Positions 20,186 through 29,115 of a DNA stretch of 64,000 nt are shown here, piece after piece. A model generated the notes under the pieces. It ran no database searches, was not told where the DNA came from, and saw only the letters and a list, made by a program, of their open reading frames with translations. The stretch comes from an uncultured Gammaproteobacteria bacterium (GTDB taxonomy: Bacteria; Patescibacteriota; Microgenomatia; Levybacterales; UBA12049): positions 505,316-569,315 of the forward strand of contig OZ246394.1 of NCBI GenBank assembly GCA_965230895.1. Reading direction: 5' to 3'. A program made the position numbers and the translations under genes. Position 1 is the first letter of the stretch; each line of letters opens with the position of its first letter.

Positions 20186-21430
20186 TTACACTAGGAACTC
20201 CATATCTCGTACTCCCCCGAAGGCAATTCGATCAATAATAAGATTGTCCATATCAGCCATAGTCCCAGGAACAACAGTAAATTCACCATACTTATCATTA
20301 AGCGTATCTGCAACATCGGCAACCCGACGGGCTTTGCGTGAATCTTCCTCAAAGAGCATTAGCTGACGACTATCATACTCAGATAGTTGATAACAAGAAA
20401 CTCCTAGCTGGGAAACTTTTTTTGCTTCAGGCTGTGCATCAAAAATCTTCATGGCATGCTTATAGAGGTCAAGCGTTGTATATAATTCTGTGTGCATAAG
20501 TCTGCCGCGATGCCACGAAGTATAATCTCTATAGTGAAACCACATATGCACCCCATGCGCGACCAGCCCTTTTTTGCGTAGTCTTCTTCCCATCTTTTCG
20601 CAAAGCTTCATAATCAATCGTGACAATTCCCGATGATCATTAGTCGCAATCTTGATTGCATATTGGTGCCCAATTGATTTCGTCGGAAAGTCACGTTGAT
20701 CAGCCTCATATCCACGCAATTTCTCAAACCATCGACTTCCGATAACACTTCGAAAAACATCCTTATGTAATTTCTTACCTGACGCATGGAAGAAATCTAG
20801 CGGAGTGAGTATCCCATGTGCATTAAGCCGAGCTTGATAGCGGACATTTATCCCGCAAAAATCAAGCAATGTTGCCTCTTTATAGGTTTCAAGTAAATTT
20901 GTGTGATCAATTACTGTTAGTCCGTCAGGCTTGTGAAGTGTCGCCCCCAATTTGGCAAGGAACATATTGGTAGAGATCCCAATACTACATCGTATCCACT
21001 CTCCTATTTCCACTTTCATACGAGCTTTTATTTCTTTAGCTATGGAAACAAGATCAGGTCGTAACTGATGCGCTTCACGAAAATCGAGAATTGCTTCATC
21101 AATAGATTTGGCGGTAACGTCAGGTGTGTAAGAATGAAAAATATTCATAAAGCGTTGGTGGACATCTCTATACTTTGGGGGATCCGGAGTACGGACGACC
21201 ACCTGAGAAGATATTGCCTGGGCATCTTGCACACGCATTCCCATCTTTATACCAATTGCCTTCGCCTCAATTGAGGGGGCTAATATGAATGCATTTGGAG
21301 TTCCATATGCAGCAACGACGACTGGTTTCCCACGAAGAAGAGGATTTGCCTGTTGCTCAATTGAGGCAAAGCACGAGTTGAGATCAATGTGCATGAGTAA
21401 AGGCTTATCGCGGTTAATTAGGGTTTCCAT
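20186..21430 (-). CDS. dinB: DNA polymerase IV (Y-family). Likely start at METLIN (21430), although the ORF continues to 21472.
   Basis: HIDLNSCFASIEQ catalytic motif and Y-family palm/fingers conservation. Sits in a lexA-linked cassette. Confidence 0.88.
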   Translation of the reverse strand: METLINRDKPLLMHIDLNSCFASIEQQANPLLRGKPVVVAAYGTPNAFILAPSIEAKAIGIKMGMRVQDAQAISSQVVVRTPDPPKYRDVHQRFMNIFHSYTPDVTAKSIDEAILDFREAHQLRPDLVSIAKEIKARMKVEIGEWIRCSIGISTNMFLAKLGATLHKPDGLTVIDHTNLLETYKEATLLDFCGINVRYQARLNAHGILTPLDFFHASGKKLHKDVFRSVIGSRWFEKLRGYEADQRDFPTKSIGHQYAIKIATNDHRELSRLIMKLCEKMGRRLRKKGLVAHGVHMWFHYRDYTSWHRGRLMHTELYTTLDLYKHAMKIFDAQPEAKKVSQLGVSCYQLSEYDSRQLMLFEEDSRKARRVADVADTLNDKYGEFTVVPGTMADMDNLIIDRIAFGGVRDMEFLV

Positions 21431-21674
21431 CAGATACCTCCTCCAAAATCCAATGTAAGGTATCAGGATCATGTTTCAATCGAAACGCTAAGGTATCGGA
21501 GCAAACATGAAAGACATGAAAGACCGTACGGCCCTCGCGAACCTTATGGTGATACCCGACCTTCGTAATGAGATAATCCCGACCGTTCCATCTAATCTTA
21601 TATGGAGCGACTTTCCCCTCATGTTGTCTGTAGATTGTAATGACATCAATTTTCTCATGAATCTTTTCTAGCAT
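21414..21674 (-). CDS. Hypothetical 86-aa protein encoded between lexA and dinB. Possible Y-polymerase accessory.
   Basis: ORF overlaps the dinB start by a few codons. Same strand as lexA and dinB. Confidence 0.45.
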   Translation of the reverse strand: MLEKIHEKIDVITIYRQHEGKVAPYKIRWNGRDYLITKVGYHHKVREGRTVFHVFHVCSDTLAFRLKHDPDTLHWILEEVSDGNPN

Positions 21675-21861
21675 GGTAGTTAATAATTCTCACTTGTCCG
21701 CCTCGCTGCCATTGTTGTGGCAATCTATATCTGGATTCGGGTTCTTCAGTTACCGATTTTGTGGTTCCGGCAAAATCGACCACTGATGAACGTATACCTG
21801 TAAAAATAGACTGCCTTTTTAGCGAGACGGGCAACCAAGAATTGAAGGCGAATCCGGCAAT

Positions 21862-22431
21862 TTACAAATACTTCCGGATCACGCTGATGACCACTCCTCC
21901 GATCTCTAAGCTTTCTTTCGGACGAATGATTGGATAATCTTTATTTGCCGGAACTAACTCAATCGCACCATTTCTTTTGAAGTAATACTTTACTGTCCAT
22001 TCATTGTCAACAATTGCTGCCACAATGTCCCCATTTTTAGGTATACGATTTGGATCGACGATTATCTTATCACCCTCACCGATCAGCGCTTCGATCATTG
22101 AATCCCCGGAGACAGTTAGAAAATAGATGTCTCCTTGCACGTCGTACAAATACCGGAATAAATCAATGTTATCGTGATGAGTTTCAAATGCAGGCATTGG
22201 ATAACCTGCTTTAATTGTCCCCAAATGAGGAATTGCGAAGAGATTTTTTGGAAGGAGTTTACCCTTTTCTCCTTTCTCCAAAATCCCTGCTTCTATTAAT
22301 TTAGATATCAATTTAAAACTTGCATTCTTGGAAGAAAATCCAAAGAGTTCAGTCATTTCTTCATAGGTTGGAAGCCGCTTCTCAAAGCGATAAAACTTTC
22401 GTAATTTCTTGATTGCCTCATCGATTTTCAT
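21862..22431 (-). CDS. lexA: LexA repressor (S24 peptidase). True start is likely MKIDEAI at 22431, because the longer ORF reads through its own operator.
   Basis: N-terminal winged-helix domain, GDSM Ser nucleophile, and downstream catalytic Lys. Tandem SOS boxes immediately upstream. Confidence 0.88.
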   Translation of the reverse strand: MKIDEAIKKLRKFYRFEKRLPTYEEMTELFGFSSKNASFKLISKLIEAGILEKGEKGKLLPKNLFAIPHLGTIKAGYPMPAFETHHDNIDLFRYLYDVQGDIYFLTVSGDSMIEALIGEGDKIIVDPNRIPKNGDIVAAIVDNEWTVKYYFKRNGAIELVPANKDYPIIRPKESLEIGGVVISVIRKYL

Positions 22432-22443
22432 ATCTTTTTTGGT

Positions 22444-22490
22444 GAACAGGTGTTTACCAAGACTACTATACAGTGAACAAGTGTTCACTG
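22444..22490. promoter_or_regulatory. Tandem LexA (Cheo-type) boxes: GAACaggtGTTt (22444-22455) and the perfect palindrome cagtGAACaagtGTTCactg (22471-22490)
   Basis: GAAC-N4-GTTC consensus of Gram-positive-type SOS boxes, directly upstream of lexA. Confidence 0.75.
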
Positions 22491-22922
22491 TCAATACCCC
22501 AGTTTAATTCTTTGTTTTGAGGCTAATATCGAGTAAATGTAGATAAAATGTCAGAACTAGTGTATGTTGACAGGCATGAATAATGGGTTTATACTTAAGT
22601 AAGATTCATGTAAGAATCAAATTTTTGCCCCTCCCCGCCTATGGCGAGGCTCGCTTAAGCGGCTTCACGGGATCGACAAAAATTATTTACAGAGATTAAA
22701 TACAGAGCTGACGTTGTAATAGAGTAGATAATGGTTATGGGAGTTCGTTGTAACTGGAGTAAATAGTTTTACGATCAACATTTTCTCATAATGGTATCTT
22801 CTCATTCAATGGAATTACTATAATACTCTATTATATGCTAATTTTGCGTTAATCAGTCAAAATAGCTTGAATAAGAAGTGTTTAATTTTTTGAGCGATAA
22901 AACTATAGGATAAAATTACCTG

Positions 22923-22951
22923 TTGACATTATATGACGACAGTACTATAAT
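22923..22951 (+). promoter_or_regulatory. Consensus sigma-70 promoter TTGACA-17-TATAAT. The predicted transcript is leaderless (ATG 6-7 nt after the -10).
   Basis: TTGACA at 22923-22928, 17-nt spacer, TATAAT at 22946-22951, ATG at 22958. Confidence 0.65.
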
Positions 22952-22957
22952 AAAGAC

Positions 22958-23278
22958 ATGAGCGAACGAATTGGCGCACCATTAGAAGAACAATTAAAGT
23001 CTGCATTGGGTCGTACTGATGCACAAGCACTTCATCATGAATTAAACGGAAAACAAACTCCTGACCTTATCCAAGGAAAAAATGTTTTTGCTATGGAATC
23101 TGTTCCTTCAGACGTAGCAGTCCATCCAGCAACAGCAGCATTAGAAGCAAGAGCACGAAGAAGAGCAGTAGCTGAAAGTACTGGTAAAACAACTGAAGTT
23201 CGAGCTACAGCACTTCCACAAAGTGGAGAAATCTTTGCAGCACGCAGTGGCATCCCAAAACCTCGAATAACTAGATAA
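22958..23278 (+). CDS. Hypothetical Ala/Arg-rich 106-aa protein
   Basis: ORF downstream of a perfect consensus promoter. No recognisable domain. Confidence 0.45.
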   Translation: MSERIGAPLEEQLKSALGRTDAQALHHELNGKQTPDLIQGKNVFAMESVPSDVAVHPATAALEARARRRAVAESTGKTTEVRATALPQSGEIFAARSGIPKPRITR

Positions 23279-23336
23279 AAAACGAGCCTGATCTTTCGAT
23301 CAAGCCCGTTCTACAATAACTTCTTTTGGACAAACA

Positions 23337-23606
23337 TCATACCCTTCTGTGAGTAAATGTTCTGTAAAGCCACAAAAGAACAACTGATCCGAGAAGTGCA
23401 ACGATGAAACTGTATAAGTTAAATCCGCTTACTCCTGTCTGACCAAATGCATTCATGATGAAACCACCGAGGAATGCACCAACGATACCAACAATAATAT
23501 TTCCGAGAATACCTTGTTGTGCATCAGTTCCCATCATCATAGATGCGATCCAACCAACAATTCCTCCGAAAACTACATAAAGTAACAAATCCATATTATT
23601 TATCAC
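23337..23606 (-). CDS. GlsB/YeaQ/YmgE family (transglycosylase-associated) stress membrane protein
   Basis: LLYVVFGGIVGWIASMMMG ... GIVGAFLGGFI glycine-zipper TM repeats. Confidence 0.75.
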   Translation of the reverse strand: MINNMDLLLYVVFGGIVGWIASMMMGTDAQQGILGNIIVGIVGAFLGGFIMNAFGQTGVSGFNLYSFIVALLGSVVLLWLYRTFTHRRV

Positions 23607-23690
23607 CTCCTTCCTTTTTGTTTATCATAAGACTATCTTAACTGGAGGCAGTAAGAAACGGATGAGCCACGTGTAAGAAGAAGATGAGAA

Positions 23691-24509
23691 TTAATTATTT
23701 TCAGGAGAACAGAGCCCACGAACTTCGTTCATGATACGATCACGATCGATCTTGGATAAGTAAAGCATATCCAACAGGTCAGGATGATCCAACACATCTT
23801 TACAAAGAACGATATGATTTTCAAGAAGTGTTGTCTTCTGAGATTGAGATAAAGAAGTTACCATAGTAATAGGATGCAATCCTGAACGCTCAATCATCTC
23901 ACGTAAACTATTTCCAGCCGGATAATCCCAACTAATGACCTTCATCCCTGTGCATTGAGCGTATGTATTTGCATCCACTGTTGTTTTCGTATTTGTGACA
24001 ATCCAAGCTTCGTGCATTGGATTACGGACTTTAACATCTTCAAATCGAGCATGAGTATATAAAGCAACTTGAATTTCAGAACGAGTACCAGGGCTATTAT
24101 GAAACTTCGCTTCAATAGCAGCTGTCTTACCATCTTTCTCAGCCACAATATCTATTTCATGCGTCACACATCGACCGGAAAGTATCTGACGAACTTGCGT
24201 ATTATAGCCTTCTGATTCCAGAAGCTTTGCAACAAAATCTTCAAATGGATACCCACTTGGGCCAAGCATCATAATAGCTTCTTTTAGCGTATAGCGGGCT
24301 TTAATATACGGGGAAGGTGCATGATTAAGAAACTCCATAATATGCTGGTAAATCTCAGCAGTTGAAATACCATCATAAAGCTTACGTTTTACATGACTGA
24401 GGACTTCTCCTTGCAGTGACTGAGGAACTCTTGCCCTACGGATAGAATCCATGACTTTATGTTCACTAAATGGTTCGTACCTTCTGTCTGCTTTAATAAC
24501 ATGGATCAT
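23691..24509 (-). CDS. ATP-cone domain fused to restriction-endonuclease-like (Mrr_cat, PD-(D/E)xK) domain
   Basis: N-terminal VIKADRRYEPFSEHKV is ATP-cone like NrdR. C-terminal HEIDIVAEKDGKTAAIEAKF is a PD-ExK core. Confidence 0.65.
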   Translation of the reverse strand: MIHVIKADRRYEPFSEHKVMDSIRRARVPQSLQGEVLSHVKRKLYDGISTAEIYQHIMEFLNHAPSPYIKARYTLKEAIMMLGPSGYPFEDFVAKLLESEGYNTQVRQILSGRCVTHEIDIVAEKDGKTAAIEAKFHNSPGTRSEIQVALYTHARFEDVKVRNPMHEAWIVTNTKTTVDANTYAQCTGMKVISWDYPAGNSLREMIERSGLHPITMVTSLSQSQKTTLLENHIVLCKDVLDHPDLLDMLYLSKIDRDRIMNEVRGLCSPENN

Positions 24510-24549
24510 ATATTAAGTATAAAAAAGACGGGGTAATAAAGTCAAAAGC

Positions 24550-26931
24550 CTATTTTCTCTCGTATACCCAGAAGCCATCTCGATCAACAGTTTTATGATA
24601 ATTTCCATTCTTTTCCATTGATTTAAGAGTACTATCTGCATAGCTATCTTTATCTGAAATTACCACCATATCAGCTTGGTCAATACCATAAGGTAACACA
24701 TAAATAACTTCTCTTTGCGAGAGATGTGAACCAATATTGTTTGAAGCAGCTACAGTATAATCTTGAGGGATGTGCGATAAGAATTGATCAATAAACTCTC
24801 TATCTGGAAAAGGACGATTGAACATCGCTGTATTAGGCTCTTGAGAGCCAGGCAGTGGACCAAATGCATGGGCCGTATAAATCGAGTTATAGAGAACATA
24901 GATAATGACGAAACTTGCCAAAGTTGTTCCTGAAGAGATATGGTAACGCTTCTCAAAACCTTTCAATGACTTGCTTCGTTCTCCAAGCTTTTGCAGCACC
25001 CAAATACCATAAATTGCACTCAAGAAGATAAAAGGTGTCATCGTCGCTGTATATTGATAATAAATCTGGTACAGGTTGCTATTGCTACTCAAAAGGCTAA
25101 TTAACAAGTCAGGTCCCGCAAAGATAAGGAAGAATGGAAATACATACGATAAATAACCTAACGGTGAGAAAATTTGGGTAATAAAGTGGAACCGATCAGG
25201 CTCAAGAACTTTCATAAGTACTTTATCTGGCTGTAAAATGATAGCTTTTGCAATATCGGTCGTACTGCTTCCGAATCCAGAGTAATATTCAAGGGCAAAA
25301 TGATTTGAACCATGTGCAGCAGGGATTGCGTGTTCGAGAAGGAAAAAGAACATAGCTGTACATACCATAAAGATTCCTGCACCAATGATCCATTTACGAT
25401 GATGAACCGCGACAAGTATGCCGAACAAAGCAATTATTAACCAAATCTGCTCTTTACACATTGCTGCAAGTAAAGCAAAGATAGCAAACCAAATGTATTT
25501 TCGCTTGTAATAAAAATAAAATGTCGCAAGGAGAAACGTCGTAGCAAGGACAACTGCATGGAAATCATAGATATTTGCTCGCTGCACACTTGGATTGATG
25601 AGATACGCAAATGATAAAACCACCGCAATACTTTTATTTTTCAGTACATCCTTTGCAATTAAGAAGATGAAGTATGCTCCAATTGCGATAACTACCGATT
25701 GAATAATCAATAATGTTCGAGGGTCCTGCCATAACGCATACAATGGAGCCAGTAACACAAGAATGAAATCAGCATGGAATGCTAAACGTGAAACTTGCCC
25801 TACACTATCAGGATTGGTCATGATAAAGAAGTTCCCATGAAGCGTATTCCAGACAGTCTGCACCATATTTCCAAGATCAAATCGGCCGGTGTAGTAATTG
25901 TTGTAACGCATGATAGAAGCAGCTGAGATATAGACGGTATAAATTAAGCTAAGGAATATAACAACCAATTCATATGGATTGCGATACATCCATTGTTCAA
26001 ATCGAAGGACAACTGTATGCTTTGATTTATGCCAAAGGTAAAAGAAGAGGATAAACAATAACTCTGCGACAATAAGGATAATTCTGGTAAAGAGTGCTGC
26101 GAAAGCGGCTAAGCCCGATGTAACAAGCTGTGATAAAGCAAAGATAGTAATTCCTTCCCGAACCCCAAATCCTGCTGGTGTAATAATTGAGAGATAGCCA
26201 GCAACAAAAGCGAATGCAAAGACTCCAATCAATTCCCAAACGAGAAGAGGATCTGTCCCAAAAGCAGAACTCATCACAAGATAATTCCCCAACCCAAAGA
26301 AGAATAAACTACAACTACTAATGACAATAAGTCGTAGACTTTCGGTGATAGAAAATGATGGAAGGATGAATTCAAGAACGGATTTTAATTTGCCTGAGAA
26401 ATGTTTCGTTATCTTACGATTAATGCTATACAGCAGCACACCAAGAACCATAATACCCCATCCCACCCAAATCATTTCATCAGCAATGTCTTGAAAGAAA
26501 TATGGAAGCGCGAGAAGTGAGACAACGAAACTCCCTATAACAAATAATTCTGCTTCAATAAGAAGTCCCTTACCCACATCTTTTTTTGCTACTCCTTTCT
26601 TTTCGAATAAAAGTGTTCTCCCCAGGAAAGACCATACATTACCAGGTATATAGCGCTTTAACTCAGACATAGACCACAGATACGCTGATTCTTTCAATGG
26701 AATTGAGTAACCATAGCTTTTAATAATACGATGCCAGATTAAACTTCGGAGTACGTAGAAAACAACTAAACTAAATATACCTGCTCCGAGAAGAAACGGC
26801 TGGATCGTTTGTACATTTGGAAGAATTGATGGAGCTTGATCAAAAAGAATTTTCCCTATGAAGAAAAAGGCAATGATAGAAAGTGGCCATCCGATGATAA
26901 ATTTCAGAAGAGAATAAAGACGAGACTTCAT
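24550..26931 (-). CDS. Large polytopic membrane protein: lysylphosphatidylglycerol-synthase-like TM domain fused to DUF2079
   Basis: About 20 predicted TM segments. RFDLGNMVQTVWNTLHG matches the DUF2079 signature. Confidence 0.6.
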   Translation of the reverse strand: MKSRLYSLLKFIIGWPLSIIAFFFIGKILFDQAPSILPNVQTIQPFLLGAGIFSLVVFYVLRSLIWHRIIKSYGYSIPLKESAYLWSMSELKRYIPGNVWSFLGRTLLFEKKGVAKKDVGKGLLIEAELFVIGSFVVSLLALPYFFQDIADEMIWVGWGIMVLGVLLYSINRKITKHFSGKLKSVLEFILPSFSITESLRLIVISSCSLFFFGLGNYLVMSSAFGTDPLLVWELIGVFAFAFVAGYLSIITPAGFGVREGITIFALSQLVTSGLAAFAALFTRIILIVAELLFILFFYLWHKSKHTVVLRFEQWMYRNPYELVVIFLSLIYTVYISAASIMRYNNYYTGRFDLGNMVQTVWNTLHGNFFIMTNPDSVGQVSRLAFHADFILVLLAPLYALWQDPRTLLIIQSVVIAIGAYFIFLIAKDVLKNKSIAVVLSFAYLINPSVQRANIYDFHAVVLATTFLLATFYFYYKRKYIWFAIFALLAAMCKEQIWLIIALFGILVAVHHRKWIIGAGIFMVCTAMFFFLLEHAIPAAHGSNHFALEYYSGFGSSTTDIAKAIILQPDKVLMKVLEPDRFHFITQIFSPLGYLSYVFPFFLIFAGPDLLISLLSSNSNLYQIYYQYTATMTPFIFLSAIYGIWVLQKLGERSKSLKGFEKRYHISSGTTLASFVIIYVLYNSIYTAHAFGPLPGSQEPNTAMFNRPFPDREFIDQFLSHIPQDYTVAASNNIGSHLSQREVIYVLPYGIDQADMVVISDKDSYADSTLKSMEKNGNYHKTVDRDGFWVYERK

Positions 26932-26968
26932 GGGTGTATTGTACTTGTTTGGCTGAGATTATACAAAC

Positions 26969-27616
26969 CTATCTTGCAGATCCTGATCCATTTGGACTCG
27001 TAGGAATAAGTACTGTTCCACGGCCATTATAGGTAAAGTTTCTTGAGATTGTTTCTGTGTCATCCCCTGCAATACTTTTAACACGAAGCTCAAACTTAAT
27101 TTGTCCTTGAGGTAGATTATAAAGCGCTACAGAACGATCATCATATCCCGACCAACTTCCACCATTAATTCGATAAGACCACGCAGCTTCACAATATCGA
27201 CTGTCATCATAATCAATATCTACCATGACAGGATTATCACTCACGGTATCGTCCTCATCAGGTGTAGAAATAGTAACCGGCCCCAATCCTTTTAAACAAG
27301 GTGCTTCTGTCGCACCAAGAGGTGTCGGTGTCGCGACATCACTTTCTCCAACAGGTTGAGCAAAGAATCCTTGATTTGTTGTAGCACCAGGCATAGGAGT
27401 TGGAGTAGGTTTCCCGTTGAGGTTTTTAAGCGAATTAAAGTTGAGTAACATGACCGTAATAAGTACAGGGATACTAAGGAATGCAGTTACGAATTCAATA
27501 TAAGGTTTATTTTTAAGAAACTTATTTTCCTTCTTTTTCGCTCTCGGAGAAGCTTTCTTAGGAGTTTTTGTAGCTTTAACGGCTTTTGCTTTGGTGGATT
27601 GGGCAGCTTTAGGCAT
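26969..27616 (-). CDS. Hypothetical secreted or membrane-anchored protein with Lys-rich N-terminus
   Basis: Basic N-terminus, one TM segment, Pro/Thr-rich linker. Confidence 0.45.
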   Translation of the reverse strand: MPKAAQSTKAKAVKATKTPKKASPRAKKKENKFLKNKPYIEFVTAFLSIPVLITVMLLNFNSLKNLNGKPTPTPMPGATTNQGFFAQPVGESDVATPTPLGATEAPCLKGLGPVTISTPDEDDTVSDNPVMVDIDYDDSRYCEAAWSYRINGGSWSGYDDRSVALYNLPQGQIKFELRVKSIAGDDTETISRNFTYNGRGTVLIPTSPNGSGSAR

Positions 27617-27714
27617 AATGGAACAGTCTTAGTATTTTTATTGTAGATGAATTTTGTCAGGTTTGTAAATAGATCTTTTGAAATTAGTCATGAAAACTGG
27701 TAAAATGCATGTAC

Positions 27715-27788
27715 GCACCCGTAGCTCAGCTGGATAGAGCACTTGACTTCGGATCAGGGGGTCGGGGGTTCGAATCCCTCCGGGTGTA
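27715..27788 (+). tRNA. tRNA-Arg (TCG)
   Basis: Hand-folded. Acceptor GCACCCG, D-arm GCTC-AGCTGGATA-GAGC, anticodon loop CTTCGGA, T-arm GGGGG-TTCGAAT-CCCTC. No encoded CCA. Confidence 0.8.
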
Positions 27789-27902
27789 CGACGCACCAGT
27801 CGGTGCATCGCTTCGCTGCGATACAAAAAAGCGTTATTTTAAGAAAAATATTCTAAACTGGATGTGCGTCAGGGATGTACCGTATGGTACGTCCCCAAAT
27901 CC

Positions 27903-28163
27903 ATGTTCTACTACGTCTGTATCTTACATAATTATTCAAAAAGTTTTATTTATACGGGTTACTCGGAAGATTTAAAACAAAGACTAACTTCTCATAAAGC
28001 AGGGAAAAATAAATCAACAAAGGCTTTTCTCCCATTAGAACTCATCCATTATGAAGCGTATAAGAGTAAAACTGACGCTAAAAGAAGAGAGTTATACTTT
28101 AAAACCACGAAGGGTAAAACAACGTTAAGAACTATGCTTAAAGACTATTTTAATGGAGATTAA
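27903..28163 (+). CDS. Mini GIY-YIG nuclease-domain protein (86 aa from the internal ATG), paralog 3
   Basis: MFYYVCILHNYSKSFIYTGYSEDLKQRLTSH aligns with the other two paralogs. Lies downstream of tRNA-Arg. Confidence 0.75.
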   Translation: MFYYVCILHNYSKSFIYTGYSEDLKQRLTSHKAGKNKSTKAFLPLELIHYEAYKSKTDAKRRELYFKTTKGKTTLRTMLKDYFNGD

Positions 28164-28255
28164 CTGCAATTGTGTGTTTTGAATATTAAACTGCACCATA
28201 AACTTAATCCCTTTAGGCCTTTCAAGATTCTGTCAATAATTGTATACTTTGAGAA

Positions 28256-29113
28256 ATGGATAGGCAAAACATTATAAATGCTGCATATAATGCGGCAATT
28301 GAAGCAGCTCTCCAAGCGACTGAAGAGATTATCCCCTTTTGGCCTAACCCAAACAACCCCTCTTTTAACAGGCAACTTGCCTTAAAGGTAATTGATAAAG
28401 AAGGTGTTGGTAACTATGCAACAATCGCAGACTTAAGGTCAGAGAAAAAGATTATTGAAGTCATCCAGTCAAAACCACTTTTGAAAGATCATAGTTTTAT
28501 CGGAGAAGAACTGGGAGCGATACAATCAGACGAGAACTGGTATTGGATTATTGATCCAATAGATGGTACACCAAATTTTAGAAATGGTAATCCCGATTTT
28601 GGCATGTGTATTGCTTTATTTAATGGCCAAAAGCCTATACTTGGATTAATAGCTATCCCCGGATTACGGCAAATAGTTATCGCAAAAAGTGATGGAGATG
28701 CAAAGCTGATTACCTATGATGGAAAAGAGTTAGCGAATCTTAAAGAATTAGCTCAATCATATAGCGACCCATTAGAAAAAGCCTTAGTTGGTTACGATTT
28801 AGGATATAGCAATAGAGATGTTCAATTACATGAAATTGCTGATAAAGTGATAACAAGAGTCGGCTATGCATCTGTCCTTGCGTCTTTCTCAACTGGAAAT
28901 TTTCGAGTAGCACAAGGCATGATGGGATTGTATTTTGGTATGAGTCCAACTGTGATGGATATTGCACCAGCAGCAGCCATCATTCCAGCAATAGGAGGAG
29001 TTGTAACAGATATGAAAGGTAAGCAAATTGATTGGAGAGCTGAAAATAGATCGTATATTGGTGCAATAAACCCTCAAATACATCAACAATTTTTAGAAGT
29101 GATAAACGGTTAA
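28256..29113 (+). CDS. Inositol monophosphatase family protein
   Basis: WIIDPIDGTPNF and the upstream DLRSE metal-binding motif. Confidence 0.85.
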   Translation: MDRQNIINAAYNAAIEAALQATEEIIPFWPNPNNPSFNRQLALKVIDKEGVGNYATIADLRSEKKIIEVIQSKPLLKDHSFIGEELGAIQSDENWYWIIDPIDGTPNFRNGNPDFGMCIALFNGQKPILGLIAIPGLRQIVIAKSDGDAKLITYDGKELANLKELAQSYSDPLEKALVGYDLGYSNRDVQLHEIADKVITRVGYASVLASFSTGNFRVAQGMMGLYFGMSPTVMDIAPAAAIIPAIGGVVTDMKGKQIDWRAENRSYIGAINPQIHQQFLEVING

Positions 29114-29115
29114 TT

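Noticed and set aside
20148-20366. ORF 20148..20366(+) (MRLPRYARNDG...) and ORF 19747..19956(+)
   Set aside because: Translations of the 29-bp terminal inverted repeats and antisense dinB. RLPRYARNDG/RHCERSAAIS-type peptides are hallmark artefacts of this repeat family.
21675-21861. Second LexA box upstream of orf86/dinB
   Set aside because: No GAAC-N4-GTTC match found. Regulation is probably via read-through from the lexA promoter and boxes at 22444-22490.
22620-22680. GC-rich patch (gcccctccccgcctatggcgaggctcgcttaagcggcttcacggg) in an AT-rich 450-bp intergenic region
   Set aside because: Only an imperfect palindrome with no convincing tRNA or ncRNA fold. Probably a decayed copy of the same repeat family as the GIY-YIG inverted repeats. 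Noted but not callable.
27638-27975. ORFs 27638..27826(-) and 27709..27975(+) from the ORF track
   Set aside because: They overlap the tRNA-Arg gene and its hairpin. These are spurious translations, and the real GIY-YIG start is the internal ATG at 27903.
28205-28211. aatccct after GIY-YIG paralog 3 as a duplicated tRNA-Arg 3' end (att-like)
   Set aside because: Only 7 of about 16 nt match, too weak to call a direct repeat. Mentioned only as a possible remnant.
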